Source of the DNA: Podarcis tiliguerta
Taxonomy: Eukaryota
Length of the DNA: 64,000 bases
Assembly: GCA_965153285.1 (NCBI GenBank)
Contig: OZ229111.1
Direction: 5' to 3' (one strand)
Below are positions 62,401 through 64,000 of the stretch, piece after piece. The first letter of the stretch is position 1; each line of letters opens with the position of its first letter. Position numbers and translations under genes: made by a program. Below the pieces are notes generated by a model that saw only the letters and a program-made list of their open reading frames with translations, was not told where the DNA came from and searched no databases.

Positions 62401-63372
62401 TAAAAGGGTATCATCAGCCAAAGGCCTGGTTAAAGAAGAACATTTTTGCCTGGCGTCTACAGGTACATAATGAAGGCACCAGGCAAACCTCCCTAGGGAG
62501 AGCATTCCACAAATGGGGAGCCACTACAGAAAAGGCCCGTTCTCATGTTGAGACCCCCCGGACCACTTGTAGGGCCTCAGAGGATGATCTCAGGGTTTGG
62601 GTAGGTTCACATAGAGAGAGCCAGTCCTTGAGGTATCACATTTCAGGGGGCTGGACTAGATGGTCCTCATTGTCCCTTCCAATTCCACAATCCTATGATT
62701 CTACGACTAGCAGAGCAGGTTGCCTGTGAAATGGACTGGAGTTTGTTTCCTCACATACTCAGATTCAAATACAGATTGCCACGGGGATCAAAACACAGAA
62801 CTGGGTTCAGCCTTATTGTAACCAAATACAAGGCTGTGAACCAATTGCCACCTCTTCCTTCCACCCGTACAACAGAGGTTAGACTGGTTCCTGAGCCAAG
62901 GAATCAGCAGGATGGATTCTTCCAAGCTCCTCATTCCAAAGCAATTCAGTCACCTGTGTGTTTTTTTGAGCTCCAGCGGATAAGGTTACACTTTGGCTGA
63001 ACGACGGTGCACCAAATCTCAGCAAGAGGAAAGCAACATCATAGCTAAAGGCACTGAAGCTGTGGCCCCTGCCCCTTTCACCAGCAGCCTTCACTTAGAG
63101 GGACACCAGTGCAATATGCCTGTTTTGGCTTCGCTTGCAAGGGACAGGGCATAGGAGAGGATGACTAATCCTGGCCCCACCACAGACAATATACATACTG
63201 CACACACCCCAACTTCTGGCACCTCATTTCTCCCAGCATCAGCACAAGACACTCCTGGACATAGAGAGGAGAGGCAAAATAGAAAGCACCTACCTGGCTT
63301 GGTGGCTGCCAAGGTGGAGGGGAAGAGGAAGGCTTGGAAACTGGAGGCACAGAGCTCACTGACAGTGCCCAT
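22614..63372 (-). CDS. CYTH1: Cytohesin-1 (ARF GEF: coiled-coil, Sec7, PH, polybasic tail); 13 coding exons plus an optional 3-nt microexon, 416/417 aa
   Basis: Spliced exons give ...[37 protein letters not shown]...[12 protein letters not shown]...[21 protein letters not shown], near-identical to vertebrate CYTH1. Exon sizes 83/65/67/119/81/113/149/112/3/77/72/155/79 give a continuous frame. Confidence 0.95.
23477..23631 (-). CDS. CYTH1: CYTH1 exon (NCFELYIPD...WMKCI-K)
   Basis: 155 nt, AG/GT flanks. Confidence 0.95.
24580..24651 (-). CDS. CYTH1: CYTH1 exon ([13 protein letters not shown]...KKP)
   Basis: 72 nt, AG/GT flanks. Confidence 0.95.
24890..25615 (+). mobile_element. L2 LINE 3' fragment
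   Basis: Degenerate ORF2 C-terminus [41 protein letters not shown] followed by an L2-type 3'UTR. Confidence 0.8.
25652..25788. mobile_element. hAT-type MITE
   Basis: TIRs caggcttcctcaacct / aggttgaggaagcctg; internally palindromic. Confidence 0.8.
25976..26052 (-). CDS. CYTH1: CYTH1 PH exon ([10 protein letters not shown]...EYTT)
   Basis: 77 nt, AG/GT flanks. Confidence 0.95.
27785..28266. mobile_element. hAT-like insertion inside a Squam3-like SINE (approx. 27700-28335)
   Basis: Flanked by gagtagac / gagtaaac (8-bp TSD, 1 mismatch); SINE sequence resumes after the insert. Confidence 0.55.
29053..29180 (+). mobile_element. tRNA-head / CR1-tail SINE
   Basis: gactcttaatctcag...gggggttagactggatga...ccttccaactct...gattctat; related copies at about 43635-43765 (-) and 62187-62705 (+). 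Confidence 0.6.
30743..30745 (-). CDS. CYTH1: CYTH1 3-nt microexon (GAG), di-/tri-glycine PH switch
   Basis: Minus strand reads cctttccctgccctccaaactccag|GAG|gtacgt, in the intron between LKLG and GRVK. Confidence 0.85.
33641..33752 (-). CDS. CYTH1: CYTH1 exon 9 (NLYDSIKN...LLKL-G)
   Basis: 112 nt, AG/GT flanks. Confidence 0.95.
34115..34263 (-). CDS. CYTH1: CYTH1 exon 8 (DTCYVLSF...ELLR)
   Basis: 149 nt, AG/GT flanks. Confidence 0.95.
34443..34720 (-). mobile_element. CR1-type LINE 3' fragment
   Basis: gagccctgctggatcagaccaaaggcccatctag..cagcatcct resembles a reverse-complement CR1 3' end (recalled). Confidence 0.5.
34912..35024 (-). CDS. CYTH1: CYTH1 exon 7 ([16 protein letters not shown]...; Sec7 glutamate finger)
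   Basis: 113 nt, AG/GT flanks. Confidence 0.95.
35272..35352 (-). CDS. CYTH1: CYTH1 exon 6 (DDFNIQVL...QAL)
   Basis: 81 nt, AG/GT flanks. Confidence 0.95.
35537..35886. mobile_element. hAT-like non-autonomous element inside a minus-strand Squam3-like SINE
   Basis: TIRs cagtggttccc / ggaaacccctg; TSD gtctgttc / gtctattc; related copies at about 50370-50760, 56170-56680 and 58150-58418. Confidence 0.65.
36541..36659 (-). CDS. CYTH1: CYTH1 exon 5 (GIQFLIEN...YLGE)
   Basis: 119 nt, AG/GT flanks. Confidence 0.95.
37360..37426 (-). CDS. CYTH1: CYTH1 exon 4 (KTMQRNKQ...DPKK)
   Basis: 67 nt, AG/GT flanks. Confidence 0.95.
38199..38243. repeat. (CA)n microsatellite
   Basis: Direct observation. 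Confidence 0.9.
38779..38843 (-). CDS. CYTH1: CYTH1 exon 3 (RLKDEIAEV...STEE)
   Basis: 65 nt, AG/GT flanks. Confidence 0.95.
39645..39681. promoter_or_regulatory. Two perfect CArG boxes (SRF sites) in CYTH1 intron 2
   Basis: CCAATATTGG (39645-39654) and CCTTATATGG (39672-39681). Confidence 0.5.
40415..40560 (-). mobile_element. Squam3-like SINE
   Basis: Reverse complement of the tRNA head (ggtcccaggttcagtctctggcatct) and Squam3-type tail. Confidence 0.55.
40587..40669 (-). CDS. CYTH1: CYTH1 exon 2 (VPSDLTPEE...ADIQ)
   Basis: 83 nt, AG/GT flanks. Confidence 0.95.
46910..46966. repeat. (CA)n(GA)n compound microsatellite
   Basis: Direct observation. Confidence 0.9.
47789..48146 (+). mobile_element. 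Full-length Sauria SINE (Squam1), young
   Basis: gggacgcgggtggcgctgtgg A-box, gttcgaatcc B-box, CpG-rich body, accttt tail; TSD tttattattattaag (47775-47789, 48145-48159). Confidence 0.92.
50237..50362 (+). mobile_element. Squam3-like SINE, 5' part
   Basis: gctcagtggtagaaca...ccaggttcaaag...ggagagccaccaccagtcagtgt. Confidence 0.6.
53945..54074. mobile_element. hAT-type MITE with perfect 8-bp TSD
   Basis: TIRs caggcatggccaaacttggccct / agggccaagtttgaccatgcctg; TSD ctctaagg (53937-53944, 54075-54082). Confidence 0.9.
54252..54304. repeat. (GT)n(GA)n compound microsatellite
   Basis: Direct observation. Confidence 0.9.
60714..60939. mobile_element. Tc1/mariner (Tigger-like) MITE
   Basis: TIRs cagtggtacctcgggtta / taacctgaggtaccaatg; TA TSD on both sides. 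Confidence 0.88.
62230..62636 (-). mobile_element. L2 LINE 3' fragment nested in a tRNA/CR1-tail SINE
   Basis: Reverse complement similar to 25200-25400; SINE head at 62187-62229 and tail at 62640-62705 flank it. Confidence 0.65.
63294..63372 (-). CDS. CYTH1: CYTH1 alternative first coding exon ([27 protein letters not shown])
   Basis: Strong Kozak atcATGG; CCAG|gtaggt donor in phase 1, matching exon 2 (G|TG = Val). Confidence 0.72.
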
Positions 63373-64000
63373 GATGATGCCCTTGAGGCAACGCCCTCTC
63401 AAGACTGGGCAGGGGGTGCTGCCCTTGGGCAGGTGAGAAAGGCCTAGCAGGTCAGAACCAAGCGCAAGGTGGGGTGCAGAGGCCGGAACATCTGGGTGCC
63501 CACTTTCTCAGCACCAAATGGCTTCCCAAGCAGCAGCCTCCACTTCCCCCCTCTTCCAGACAGTGCAAGGGGGCGGGGAGGGAAGAGACACAGCAGGAGA
63601 GGGATCCCCAGTCCGGCTGGAGCAGAAGGAGCAGCAGAGACTCCCACGCACCGAGTCCAGCCAATCTCAGCTGCCTGCCAGGAAACTGGAAGCTGGTTCC
63701 CGCTGCGCTGGACAGCTGACGAGAGACGCACAAAGCCACTTAGAGGGCAATTCAGTTTGGGAACTTTTTCCAAGGTGCCCCCCCCCTGGCTCCTCCCTGG
63801 CCACTCCTCCCAGCTGCCCAGGAGAGGTTTGGGCAAGGGGTATTTTTAGGTCGGTTTTATCCGGCTGCATTATTACAGCTCTAAGCATCTTGTGAGCCAG
63901 TGGTTGCTATGCAACGGCCAGCACATAAAAGGAAGGTGCACGAAAATGTAACGCATGCAGGTGCCAAAGACGCATGTGTGCATAGATGTGCATGGAAAGT

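Noticed and set aside
62187-62729. 180-aa ORF
   Set aside because: Composed of SINE and antisense L2 sequence.
40670-64000. Mammalian-type MEEDDSY first exon of CYTH1
   Set aside because: Not found by eye and no CpG island here; probably lies beyond the window.

Overview
Squamate (lizard, probably lacertid) genomic DNA, judged from Sauria/Squam1 and Squam3-type SINEs. There are three blocks. (1) 1-14 kb, + strand: the 3' exons of two tandem, diverged paralogues of an AprA/PqaA-like (PhoPQ-related, PF10142-type) gene. Copy 1 has canonical splice sites and open exons except for a 1-nt frameshift in its last exon. Copy 2 is a pseudogene. A decayed Copia gag relic lies between them. (2) 14455-19208: a very young, full-length Ty1/Copia (hemivirus-type) LTR retrotransposon with apparently identical 335-bp LTRs, a GGGAC TSD and an open 1330-aa gag-pol ORF. 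It has an exceptionally long 31-nt PBS complementary to the 5' half of initiator tRNA-Met and exact ATF4/C-EBP and NRF2 sites in the LTR. It is inserted at the apex of a 16-bp palindrome. (3) 20.9-63.4 kb, - strand: a complete cytohesin-1 (CYTH1) coding gene, including the 3-nt Gly microexon and a non-mammalian-type first exon (MGTVSELC...). Introns carry many SINE, LINE and MITE copies. Most short ORFs in the supplied track are spurious. All family assignments are from recall of motifs, not database searches.
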